DNA from: Macrostomum lignano
Lineage: Eukaryota
DNA: 64,000 nt
Direction of reading: 5' to 3'
Assembly (NCBI GenBank): GCA_002269645.1
Contig: NIVC01001722.1
Coordinates: 181,922-245,921, forward strand
Made by a program: the position numbers and the translations under genes. The stretch's first letter is position 1. Each line of letters starts with the position of its first letter. The notes under the pieces were generated by a model that saw only the letters and a list, made by a program, of their open reading frames with translations, was not told where the DNA came from and did not search any database. This document shows positions 51,731 through 64,000 of the stretch, one piece after another.

Positions 51731-52691
51731 CCATAATCAGAGCTGTAAATCATAAAATTGTACCCATAAAATCGACTTTATACACCCTGTAACTTTACAA
51801 CTGTGCAATTGTCAAATTCGCTAACCCAAAGCCAAAAATCTATCAAAATGAAACACTGGAAGCAATCCAAATGTGATATGCTGTAAACTATTTGTTGAAC
51901 CCTCTATCAGCTAATACTACCTAAGCTAAGCACTTCTACGGATTGAATTTAATAAACAATAGTTAAAAACACAGTTCTCAACACATTCATTAAAAACAGC
52001 ATGTGATAAGTGGACTTATTGCAAGAATTAGACGAGAATCAATTTTATAAAAAAATGGATAATGATACAAGGTCGGCTAGCAAACAAGACGGAGATGCAA
52101 CCCAAGTCGAACAGACATATCGATTAGCAATTAGATGTCTCTGTATTCAACACAAATAATAAGACACAGTAGTAAAATAATATAGTGATTTGTTGGCAAC
52201 AAACAGATAACTGGGAGCTTGGGACTCGGTCAGCACAGTATCGCACAAAGCTATGTATGCATTGAGTAGATAAGGGATAGCACTGCAAGCTAAATGCCGA
52301 TGTTTGCTAAACTGCATAGAATACGAGCTTATATAACAGTAGCTTATATAGTGTATACTAGATATTATTTGCTAATTACACAAAGGCAATTTTATTTTAG
52401 TTATCATCAATATACAACAAAGCAGCTGATAAAATGATTAATTACGGAACCGCCTACTCAGAAGATTAGTTTTTATAGTATAGTATGCTACTAAAAGAGA
52501 ATATTATAAACAAATCTACAGACAGGAGAATAATTGCCACTAACGATGATGGGATAAGTTTTCGACAGGGAATGTCTGCTGCACATCTAACCTACATTAT
52601 TTTATAATGCTATAGCTGGGGATTATAGGGGTATAGCTGCAAAAATTTACACCTGTTTACTAACAGTAATATTATTATTATTACACATTTA

Positions 52692-55600
52692 TTAAATGTT
52701 AGTTTTGAAATCCTCCGCCAGCGCCCAGTCCGGACAGTCTGTAGGTGGCGGCCGGCCGCTAACGCTGCTCGAATCTCTGATTGTCCGGCGCAGCTGTTGC
52801 GACTGCTTCTGATTGGCGCAGGTTTCTAAGAATGCCTCGTCCAATTGGCGCTTCATGCCGGCCATCTCGGCGGACTCCCAGGCTAGCGAGCGGACTCGGA
52901 GAGCTCCGCTGCCGCCGGCTCCTCCACCGCCGCCGCCGCCTCCGAGTTCGTCGCTGGACAAATCGGCCGCGGTGGCATCCTCATCGGAGGAGGTGTAATC
53001 TCTGGACAGCAGGACGCGGTACTTGTCAAACTGATCGGTTGACAGGCTGCTAGCTAACAGTTCGAAGCTCTTCTGCCGGCGGGCTAGTTTCTATGGGGAA
53101 ACAGGCGAGGGCCAGAGGGGACGGGGGTCAAGTGGGATTTTAGTACATTTCATTCTGGTGCATCAAGCTATACAATATATATTACTATTAAACTTTTTTA
53201 TAGCATCATACTTACCTGCCCAAGCTGCCCTAAGGTAAAAGTATTATAAATTCAGTATTATTAACATATACTCGTACAAACTTTCTGTAAGCAGGAGAAA
53301 CAGAATATGAAGGCAGCACTAGAATGAGAGAAGATACTTTGCCAGGTAAGAAATGTCCCCAGTGCATGAAACTGTCTCACGTTCATGAGACATTGGTACT
53401 ATTATTTATGCGCTTATAAGGGCGGTTCTAAATGTGTGTATGGGGCGATTTCTAATGTGCTTATAGGGAGATTCTTAATGCACTTATAGGACGATTCTTA
53501 ATGCACTTATAGGGCGATTCTTAATGCACTTATAGGGGCGATTCTTAATGCACTTATAGGGAGATTCTTGATGCACTTATAGGGCGATTCTTAATGCACT
53601 TATAGGGAGATTCTTAACGCACTTATAGGGCGATTCTTAATGCACTTATAGGACGATTCTTAATGCACTTATAGGGAGATTCTTGATGCACTTATAGGGC
53701 GATTCTTAATGCACTTATAGGGGCGATTCTTAATGCGCTTATGGGACGATTTTCACGGGCTTATAGGACGATTCTGAACGGGCTTATAGGACGATTCATA
53801 ATGCGCTTATAGGACGATTCTCAACGGGCTTATAGGGTGATTCTTAATGCGCTTATAGGACGATTCTCAACGGGCTTATAGGACGATTCATAATGCGCTT
53901 ATAGGGCGATTCTTAATGCGCTTATAGGACGATTCTCAATGGGCTTATAGGGCGATTCTTAATGAGCTTCTAGGGCACATCTTAGGGCGGTGTTCGCGCG
54001 GAGTTAGAGCAGAACCAACCCAACGGCCAAGACCTAACAACCTACTCTTTGGCGATTTCTTTGTCTGCGCTTTTCGGCCGCGAATTTCTCTCGCATTTTC
54101 AGCGCACTAGAGCTGAGATCCTGGGCAAACAGGTACAGTTCGTCTGAAAACAGCGGTTTAAAAACAACAAGAAGTCAAAGATTGAGTTTAACTGAAAATT
54201 CTAAAAAAGCTTTAAGCCAGTGCCAGAAACACGTTTGAATGGCGCTAATCTGGGCGAGCATTTCGGTGACAAAACATGGAAATTTAAAACACCACAAAAA
54301 CAATCTGTCAGTCTATCAATTAATCAATGAAATCATTATAAATAAACATTCTCGGACCTTTCTTCGACTGCGCAGTTTGCTCATAGCGAGCTTGTTGCTG
54401 CTGCGCCTGTTCTGCACAGCCCGCTGCATGTTGCAATAAACGTCAAGAAATAAGCCTAAAATAGTCATAAATTAGTATGCAAGTTGTTTTATTTATGCCC
54501 AAACTACTGACAAGTAGTGCACTTGGGGATCGCAATATTTATCGAATGGTGTCGTGTCGCATTCATAGCTGAGGCCAGTGTGAAAAAAGCGGAAATAAAA
54601 ACAATGGCATTAAAATTAATACTTGCTGACACCATTGAAACTCGCGGTACTATTAATATACCTTCTGTTTGTAGCGAATCCTCCTTATCCGCATTTTATT
54701 CTTATGCAGATCGTCTTTAACTAGGCCGTACTGCTCCCGGGCGGCGGCTAAAAAGATCGCATTTATTAGCAAAAACCTTTAGCGAGTACTACTATAAGTA
54801 GTTAATCAGCATGTAAGAGCACTTGCGATCTTGTGACCTTGAACCAGCGACATAGTGATAATGATGGAGAATACAATGAATAAAACTTTAATTATTTTCC
54901 AACAAAGAAACGTGTGGTGTTAACAACTAGAATCAATTAATTAATGATTAACTGTTAAATAACGGAGTTAATTAGATGATTAATTGCATAAAAAGGCTAG
55001 CAAAAGTGCCGGATCTAACATTAACGACCCATGGCATTTGCTAACATATTTAACATTAACGGCACCATTTTGTGATAATGTAGACATAGATAATGGAAAC
55101 TCCTATAAAATGGCTTGACGGTCACCAAATGCAAGGAATAGGCCCATCGTGTACAACGGCAGCTTATCTGGCAGCTTGACATTTTCATAACTATTTAGTA
55201 AGCGAGAATTATATGATTTTATAAAGAAGAATTTGCTAACTTACTCCACCACACGTCCTGCGGTATGCCAGGCAGTGGCAGCTGTCTCTGCGCGTGAGAC
55301 ATCACCTGTTCTGCTACGCGCTGATTCACCGAGTCTGTAAAACTAAAATGGGCAGAAGGGTGGCCGGAACTAATAAGGTGTATGCAGATAGGCAATTAGC
55401 TTTGTATGGCACTTGGTAGCTAGGCACATAGGCAGTAAAAAAACTTTCTTATTGGGCTTGACCTAAGAGGCCTGGACCTTAAGGTTATTGCTAATGAGGT
55501 TAGAGGGTTATTGCTAATGAGATTAGAGGGTTATTGCTATTGAGGTTAGAGGGTTATTGCTAATGAGATTAGAGGGTTATTGCTAATGAGATTAGAGGGT

Positions 55601-57311
55601 TATTGCTAATGAGGTTAGAGGGTTATTGCTAATGAGATTAGAGGGTTATTGCTAATGAGATTAGAGGGTTATTGCTATTGAGGTTAGAGGGTTATTGCTA
55701 ATGAGATTAGAGGGTTATTGCTAATGAGGTTAGAGGGTTATTGCTAATGAGATTAGAGGGTTATTGCTATTGAGGTTAGAGGGTTATTGCTAATGAGATT
55801 AGAGGGTTATTGCTAATGAGATTAGAGGGTTATTGCTAATGAGGTTAGAGGGTTATTGCTAATGAGATTAGAGGGTTATTGCTAATGAGATTAGAGGGTT
55901 ATTGCTATTGAGGTTAGAGGGTTATTGCTAATGAGATTAGAGGGTTATTGCTAATGAGGTTAGAGGGTTATTGCTAATGAGATTAGAGGGTTATTGCTAT
56001 TGAGGTTAGAGGGTTATTGCTAATGAGATTAGAGGGTTATTGCTAATGAGGTTAGAGGGTTATTGCTAATGAGATTAGAGGGTTATTGCTAATGAGGTTA
56101 GAGGGTTATTGCTATTGAGTTTAGAGGGTTATTGCTATTGAGTTTAGAGGGTTATTGCTAATGAGGTTAGAGGGTTATTGCTAATGAGATTAGAGGGTTA
56201 TTGCTAATGAGGTTAGAGGGTTATTGCTAATGAGATTAGAGGGTTATTGCTAATGAGGTTAGAGGGTTATTGCTAATGAGATTAGAGGGTTATTGCTAAT
56301 GAGGTTAGAGGGCCATTGTTAATGATCTTAGAGGGCCATTGTTAATGAGCTTAGAGGGCCATTGTTAATGAGCTTAGAGGGCCATTGTTAATGATCTTAG
56401 AGGGCCATTGTTAATGAGCTTAGAGGGTCATTGTTAATGAGCTTAGAGGGCCATTGTTAATGAGCTTAGAGGGCAGTGCGACACAAATAACTTAAAACGG
56501 GCGTTTCGTAATGAGTTTAAACAATAAGATTAGTGTGCGATTATCGAACTCACGGCATAGAAAAGTTGAACAGATGCGGCCCGTTTCCTTTTAACTCTCT
56601 ATACGAGTTGCGCAGCGCCGATCTGCACTCGCTGTTGACGCCGGTCACAGGCAAAGCTGCTGCCCCAGCTACTGACAGCTCCTGGCTGGTGCCAGCCGCT
56701 GCAGTTTCTTGACGAGTTCGCTTCCTACTAGGAGACGCTGCAACAGCGGCCGAGGCGGCGGCAACGCCGGGCGGCGGAGCAAAAGCGGCAGCTGAGCCAG
56801 CAAGAGAACCGTCCTCCTCCATGATCAGGCAATCGTCAATAGAGTCCTCATCCTCAATCAATAGCTGCTCCTCTTTGACGCTGCCGCTGCCAAATAGTGA
56901 GATGCTGCGGCCGCCAGCTGATTGGGCGGCGTCGAACTCAGTTTTTGGCCGAGTCGAGGCGCCATTGGCTGTGGCCTGGCTGACAGTGCCAGCGGCGGCT
57001 ACTGACGATGGCAGCGGAGATGACGCAGCCGAAGATGTTGTGGCGGCGGCGGCGGCGCCAGACAGGAGGCAGGCTCCGTGAGCTTCGCTCCGAGCAAATG
57101 CTCGCTCGCATCTGGGCTCAATAACGCCAACAATGTGCGTGTGAAGGCCGCTGGCAATGCGGAGAGCGTGCAGCAGCTCTCTATCAGCCATGGATTCAAT
57201 CAGCATCTGAGCGTTAGTAATTGTGCACTCGAATAGTGTTAATGGAGAAAAATTGTTTGAATTGTTTGGGGCACCAGCGTTGCCGCTCAATTGCGCTACT
57301 TCGCAAGCCAT
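52692..57311 (-). CDS. C14orf93/RTFC-like nuclear protein, paralogue A, with at least 3 alternative exons
   Basis: Exons 56554-57311 (FSPLTLFECTITNAQMLIESM...GPHLFNFSMP), 55245-55342 (98 nt, same length and phase as the B exon), one of 54662-54747 / 54358-54455 / 54046-54143, and 52692-53090 (KLARRQKSF...RDYTSSDED...LRVRSLAWES...RQLD). It is clearly paralogous to gene B. Confidence 0.72.
53440..53985. repeat. ~22-bp intronic minisatellite (GGGCGATTCTTAATGCACTTATA)n
   Basis: In the last intron of paralogue A. Confidence 0.9.
55480..56472. repeat. 23-bp intronic minisatellite (GAGGGTTATTGCTAATGAGATTA)n
   Basis: About 43 copies in paralogue A intron 1. Confidence 0.95.
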
Positions 57312-58968
57312 TGCTGAGTTTGTTGCAGAAGCCTGGTAGAGAGCAGCTGTCAAGTGTTATGATTGGCTTTAGCGGGTTTCTATAGACAGAGGAGCTGGAA
57401 TTGGCAGCAATGGTTAACCAAAAACTCAATCAGTTATGTCATTGTCATATACATGCATACATGCACAACCCCCAAAATTCGGTCGGCCGTGTGACTTAGT
57501 TTTAACAAAATGCGACGTAGTTTTTGGCCAAAAATGCGACTTTGGGTAAACTGCGTTAAACTCTGCTTGGCCAAATTGCCGTCTTGTGCTTTTGTGGGGG
57601 CTGGTCACTAATTGCAGATTGTAATGCTCTTGGAAATAGCAATTTTACTAATCTATAAGTATTCTATGTAATGTATAAATACACTATATTGTATGCAATG
57701 TTATATTACTAAAAAACTCAACTAATTACAAAACTTGGAAATTGAGTATCCTAGAAAATGGTTGAGTTACTCAACAAAAAATTGTCAAGTCAGATACTCA
57801 ACAGGCACAATAATAAAGTACTATAGTTAATAAGCTAAATATCTGCTAGATAATATTAACTTTAAAGAAACTAACATTAACAATAACCTATAATGTTATA
57901 AATATATAGCAGAATTCAAAACTTAATATAGATAATAATATATAAACCTTTACCTTAGCACCATAGTTTAGGTGACATATATGCCAAGATTTCTTGGCAT
58001 ACAACAAGGTCTTAGGTCTTATATTTTAGCATACATAAGGGTATATCCCAGCATATATGACAGTAGATACATGCCAAATAATAAATTTTTGTATTGGTGC
58101 ACAAACCTAGTATACAAACAAGGTTTCATCAATTTTTCTAGCATTAAACCTGGCATTTACTAATATATGATTTGAACTATGGCCTCAGTAGCCACACTCT
58201 GGATCATATAGTATATGCCCAAAAATTTGGACATGCATTAGCCTTGCATGCCAAAAGTAGGCATGCACAATTGGCATATATCATTCTTACAAAAATCATG
58301 TATGCACACCTAGCATATACTTTATAAAATCAACACAGAATAGTTATTGTGAAATGGAAAAAAAGATGAAAAAAGTTCATTTTAAGTATAATTTTCAAGC
58401 TTTACAGGTTTTTAAGCTTGTAATAAAGCATTGATTTTCCACTATGAATAATATTGCTGAAAATATTGCTGAAATTGCTGAAAAAGCAGAAAAATAAAAT
58501 AAATTATTTGCCATAAAGGTTCCATGGTATTATGCAATTCAAAAATGGAGTACTTATAGGCATGGCGGCCATGTCTATAATATTTGAGCTTATAGGCATA
58601 GCTATTATCATCAATATAAAATGCATGTTCTATAGGGCTCTCTTATAAGCAAATGGTGGCTTAGTAGATATGTCAATTGCCTTGTGATTGGGTGTAGGAA
58701 GGTTTAAATCCCAAGAGGTTGGTGTTTTTTAATTTAAAATTTTTTTAGCAAATAGATTTTTTTCCATCTATAACTTTTTAAGTTTTTTATTAAAATAAAA
58801 AATAAATTAAATTAAATTTTTTTAATAAGAATTCTTTGCTAAATCCTAGTGCAGCCACAAATATATATGTAGCCCATAGTCAGGAAGGTGGTCTTTGCCA
58901 TTAAAAATTCCAGCACAATACAAGGGGTCCTTGGCACACAATCATGGTGCACACTAAGGTCCCTGGCA

Positions 58969-59688
58969 CCCTATTGGAATAAGTTGACAAAACGCGGACA
59001 ACCGTCCGTCACATTTTCGGATTCTACTGGTGTCACGTTGCGCGACAGTGGTTTCAAGTAGTGTGTCGCGTTGCGTGACACTGTGGAAACCTGGTGTCGT
59101 CATGCGTCGCAAATGCGACACAACAATGTGACAACTTGGCGGCTGGCATTGTCATGTGTCGCATTGCGGCCTGGATCTGTAGCCAAAACCTCACAAACTG
59201 TGTTTCATTATAATAATATGTTCATGGTTGTTTCTTGGTATTTAAATGTTTCAAACATGTTTGATAATAACTATTTCTTGATTTGTTCTTTTTCATTTTG
59301 ACTGTAAAGTAACTAATACTTCAAATATATTTTTTAGAAATGTTACTTGTTAGTTACAATGTGTGTGCTGTTTTTCTAAGTGTTGTACCTTTGTTGTTTC
59401 ACTGTTTTTTTATTTCATTTCTTTTTCCACAAAATTGAAAGGAATACTCTTGTCCCACACCCCATTGTCTTGGTGTTGGGGTATTGGGAGTGAACGGCAG
59501 AATGGGAATTGTCAATTGCAATATGGCTGCTATGGCGTCCTCTACCCCCAGTCATTTGGTCAACAGACACCAATGTTGCGTCGCCGCCCCCTAGTCAACA
59601 AAATTTGGTGTCGCATTGCGCTTTTAAGGGCACAATTTTGGCACCTGTGTTGCGCGTCTATGGGTTTTTGAAAATTATTCCAATAGGG
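58969..59688. mobile_element. Possible MITE with 14-bp TIR
   Basis: CCCTATTGGAATAA / TTATTCCAATAGGG; no TSD found; a 33-bp direct repeat lies at ~58933 and ~59702. Confidence 0.35.
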
Positions 59689-61867
59689 CCCTAGTGCATG
59701 CGGCGCACAATCATGGCGCACACTGAGGTCCCTGACAAATACAGTGCTATGCACAACTTCAAATCAGAATAGAATCTTTATTAGCATAAAACTGGCATAG
59801 CATATTGAGTCTGCATGAATTCTAAGAATTTTGTAAATTTGTCATAAAATATGTAATTTACATAAAATACATAAAATAAAGGCATAGACTTCTTGCACAA
59901 ATGGCGCAAAGATGGTACAAAAATGGTGCATAAACAGCACACAGATTGTCCTAAAAATTTATTCTGGCACACATTGTATCACCTTCTTGACTATGGTGTA
60001 TAGCTATATCTATAAGTATTTAAACTTATAGATTATTATAAATTTTATATTATAAGAAGTTTGCCACATTTTTGTTTATGCTGTTTAGTTATTGCTAGAT
60101 TTTCATTTATTCTCAAGTTGCTTAATTACACATTTAGTCAGGCTATATATTGTTTAACTCATGACAAAGTGCAAGCAATATGAATCAAAATTTTTTTGTA
60201 GCTACATATATAATTGCAGCCACCCTTTAAGATTTAATGTTACTCTTCCCACTGTGTCTTTAAGTGTGAACCTATTCACTATTAACAATATAGCCTGGCT
60301 GCTATGCAAGTTTCATTGACACAATAGTTGTGTCTAATTATAACTAGGTCTATAGGTCTATTTATAGACATGGCAACCATGTCTATAATGCAGAAACTTA
60401 TATACACAGTAGCCATGTCTATAAATATGGACCTAGTCACTATTAGAGACACAGCTGCCATGTTTATAAGTTTCTGCATTCTAGACACAGCCACTTGGTC
60501 TATAGTCTTAGTGTGGCAATTCAAAAGGTCATTCATTGTCATAATATAAAAAGGTCATTTATTGTTGCAACATTGGCATAGTTTTGAGAATGGATAGCCT
60601 ATGCATTCCATTTTGGCATGCATTTATATTTATTCAATTTTTGTTTGGGTGTGCACCTAGTGTGATCTGGACTATGATCTAATTTGGTATATAGGGCCTA
60701 TTAGATGTAAAATTATAATCTTAAATAGAAAACTAAGGCATTAGCTAGTATTACTATTAGTTACAAAAATCAAAATTGAATAAAAACTATAAATATTTTA
60801 ACGTCACTGGTACAGGAATAAAAAGTCTCTCTCATCAATTCTCTTCATCCCAATCTCTATATCTCTTTATCTCAATCTCTGATAATACTATATCTTCTTT
60901 ACCAAACTATCGAGTTTTGCTTTCTAGGATAGATTTAGAATGGTAGGGCCTAACCAATAACATTGGGCCTAGTTTTGGTAATGATAGTTAATTATAGTCA
61001 AGGTAATCAATTTACATGAGGCCTATTACTTTAGGCCCCTACCCTAGCCTATGTATGAAAGTGTATTGAAGTTGATAAATCTTTGATTGAATCTTATTTA
61101 CAAAACGAAAAGGCGTTATTGTACTAAATTATTTCTTAATTTTAATACTCCTTTCAATAAAGAACAGTCGTATTATACTTTTACACGTTTCTGTAGATAA
61201 CATCAAGCACACTTAATAAACCATACAATCATACACACCTTTACCATAAAGTTTTCTTTATTCGTAGAATATAATTTTTGTGCATTTGAAACCTACTCGT
61301 CTAATTGGACAATGCACCTTGCAGAAATCAGACGTATAACAAAATAAGAGTAGTAAATATTTTTTTATCAGGATTAGGAATGATATAGATTTCGTTTAAC
61401 GTTGAAAAAATAATAAAGTGTAGAGAATAATAACTAAAAATATTTTAAATATCTTTTTGCACATTTATAGTTAAAATGATATACAAGTGTCCGATACACT
61501 ACTGTAAATGGACCGTACCGTACAGTTTATTATTTTTTATTTATAGCTATCAATGAATTTTAGTGATTTATTAACTGTTTAATGCGTTTTTCCTTTACTG
61601 GGGAGTTTTAAATAGTACTTACTCAGTGTCTACTTTTTACGCAAGATAAGCGCAAGAGTAATACTAATACTTTATTACTGCGTTTACGCGACCGATATCA
61701 CGATATGTTGTGTAGTATGTTTAATGTAGCATAAATTTGTATGTTAAATTTTTAATTTTTAAGGATGGCAAGTAACTCCACAAATAATATATTAATGTTT
61801 AATGATATGAATAGCGATTGGAATACTTTTGATATTTATGAAACAAAAAGAATTTAAAAATTTCAGT

Positions 61868-61949
61868 CGACGAGGATGGGATTCGAACCCACGCGGGGAA
61901 ACCCCAATGGATTAGCAGTCCATCGCCATAACCACTCGGCCACCTCGTC
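61868..61949 (-). tRNA. tRNA-Ser(GCU), 82 nt
   Basis: GACGAGGTGGCCGAGTGGTTATGGCGATGGACTGCTAATCCATTGGGGTTTCCCCGCGTGGGTTCGAATCCCATCCTCGTCG: intact cloverleaf, long variable arm, A and B boxes and a downstream T run. Confidence 0.97.
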
Positions 61950-62225
61950 TAACTCCATGGGCTTAATTTTTTAAAATATAACTTAAACGTAAAATATTTT
62001 TTTCTGCTGCGCAAGCCGGGACGAAGGATGCATAAAATACGATTTGATAGCTTTTGCTATTTTGACAAATGGCACGTGGGAGCTCCAGCAAAAAGGCAAG
62101 GCTGAAGCAAAATCATTTAGAGCTGAAAAATTCTGTCACATGATCACATCACACTCAGTCTCTTCTCTATATCTGGCCTGGCGTCACATTCCCGATCTGA
62201 ACTGACCCTGCCCCTGCCCTGCTCG

Positions 62226-62638
62226 TCAAGCCTGCTCTTCGTTGCTGGATTCCCCAACCTTCTCCTTATCAGTCCGACTATTTGGTAAATCTTCTAGTGT
62301 TAATTCTTCAGCTGTATTGGTAGGCTGCTCAGATGCCGATGCCGGCTTATTGGGATCACAGAAGGCGCAGACACCGCTGGTGCCCGCGTCGCCGATCGAC
62401 TCAATGTCGCCGTTGCCAGCTTCGCCTTCCCGCCGAGTGTCTGGAACTGACGAGTCGGGTCTAGGCGACTGATTAGTCAGCTTAGCAACCAACTGATTGT
62501 CGCCGTTGGATTGCGCAATTTGGGTGCCCTTCTCCATGCCCACCTGTACGGCATTGATTAGCCCGGAGACGAACACCATACCCAGGAATATCCACACGGC
62601 CAAGCTGAACCTGTACACGTCTGATGAGTACGTCTGAC
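62226..62638 (-). CDS. Last coding exon of a two-pore-domain (K2P/KCNK) potassium channel
   Basis: Acceptor ctcacag, then phase-1 GQTYSSDVYRFSLAVWIFLGMVFVSGLINAVQ, matching the K2P TM4 signature YRxxxxxWIxxG, followed by a low-complexity tail. Upstream exons lie beyond the window. Confidence 0.6.
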
Positions 62639-62756
62639 CTGTGAGTGAGCAATAGCGAGTATTAACACCAGTTTTGAGTTTAGATGTTTGGACTAAAAAT
62701 GTGAGACTGGACTGTTGGTGAACAAAAATACAAGCTTTACCTGGATCTGTTTTTAC

Positions 62757-63490
62757 GGCTGCTATCTATGATTGGCTGCTATCTTTGATTGGCTGCTATC
62801 TTTGATTGGCTGCTATCTATGATTGGCTGCTATCTATGATTGGCTGCTATCTTTGATTGGCTGCTATCTGCGATTGGCTGCTATCTTTGATTGGCTGCTA
62901 TCTATGACTGGCTGCTATCTTTGATTGGCTGCTATCTATGATTGGCTGCTATCTTTGATTGGCTGCTATCTATGATTGGCTGCTATCTTTGATTGGCTGC
63001 TATCTATGATTGGCTGCTATCTTTGATTGGCTGCTATCTTTAATAGGCTGCTATCTGCGATTGGCTGCTATCTTTGATTGGCTGCTATCTTTGATTGGCT
63101 GCTATCTATGATTGGCTGCTATCTTTGGTTGGCTGCTATCTATGATTGGCTGCTATCTTTGATAGGCTGCTATCTGCGATTGGCTGCTATCTTTGATTGG
63201 CTGCTATCTATGATTGGCTGCTATCTTTGATTGGCTGCTATCTTTAATAGGCTGCTATCTGCGATTGGCTGCTATCTTTGATTGGCTGCTATCTTTGATT
63301 GGCTGCTATCTATGATTGGCTGCTATCTTTGATTGGCTGCTATCTATGATTGGCTGCTATCTTTGATAGGCTGCTATCTGCGATTGGCTGCTATCTTTGA
63401 TTGGCTGCTATCTATGATTGGCTGCTATCTGTTATTGGCTGCTATCTTTGATTAGCTGCTATCTGTGATTAGCAGCTATCTGTGACTGCC
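62757..63490. repeat. 17-bp intronic minisatellite (GCTGCTATCTTTGATTG)n
   Basis: About 43 copies upstream of the K2P exon. Confidence 0.95.
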
Positions 63491-64000
63491 TGCCATCATA
63501 GAATAGAAATGGTCTACAGTGCAATTTTTGTTGGCTAAGCATCAACCTTCATCTCTGATATCGCCGTGACATGCTGTGTGTAGTGCATTGTAAAATTACT
63601 TAGATTATAATTATTCAAATTACACACTAGTACAGATGTACTTCTATTTCTGGTACATCTAAAGACCAGAAACAGAGCGCTGAGTGCAAGACTAAAAGAA
63701 ACAGTTAAGAAAACCCTGGTGCACACCCAATGCATCCCTAAGCCTCTGTTTCATCAAATTCTCTGCAAGCCGCATTGAGTGAGAAAAAAACCAATAATAA
63801 GAGTAGCCAAGAGGTCCCATCCCAATTCAAGCCCGATATTCAGGGCTGGAGTGGCATCATCTCAAATAGTGTTAAGATGTGTATTTACGACTCTCAAGCA
63901 GTCTTGTTTTGAACAGGCTGAATGATACAAGTACAATTTGATATTTTTCCGAAAATGAAGCTCCAATTTCAATGACATTCCCACATGTGCATTTCCAGGG

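Noticed and set aside
54358-54423. Constitutive 66-nt exon model for paralogue A (86+66 nt path)
   Set aside because: An upstream ttttag acceptor at 54456-54457 gives a 98-nt phase-1 exon with Tyr at the same position as in the 86-nt exon, which fits the alternative-exon model better. It is kept only as a possible minor isoform.
55090-55175. Cassette-like peptide LPLYTMGLFLAFGDRQ in a paralogue A intron
   Set aside because: It has an in-frame stop and no suitable donor; at best it is a decayed remnant.

Overview
This is an animal (eukaryotic) genomic window with spliced genes, introns filled with minisatellites and many DNA transposons. The style suggests an invertebrate such as a macrostomid flatworm, but that is an unverified inference. 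All recognisable genes are on the minus strand: SDR42E1-like (partial), NOP53, a frameshifted possible C6orf89-like ORF, an intronless ARHGAP11-like RhoGAP, two tandem C14orf93/RTFC-like paralogues, tRNA-Ser(GCU) and the last exon of a K2P channel. Mobile DNA includes a 13.2 kb foldback element with ~4 kb inverted arms and an ACA TSD, a 1.7 kb TTAA-flanked foldback element, and hAT-type MITEs. The main discovery is in one C14orf93-like paralogue (41079-50944). It carries a Dscam-like array of 14 homologous, putatively mutually exclusive cassette exons (13 of 77 nt, 1 of 71 nt, all phase 1 to 0) that encode a hypervariable basic helix. One intronic docking site (48551-48569) is complementary, with G.U-preserving substitutions, to selector motifs 60-94 nt upstream of nine cassettes. 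The neighbouring paralogue has at least three alternative exons at the same position. A second oddity is a tandem array of LTR-end plus tRNA-Leu primer-binding-site units at ~13.4-13.8 kb. Exon models and family assignments were made by eye and from recalled motifs; no searches were run.
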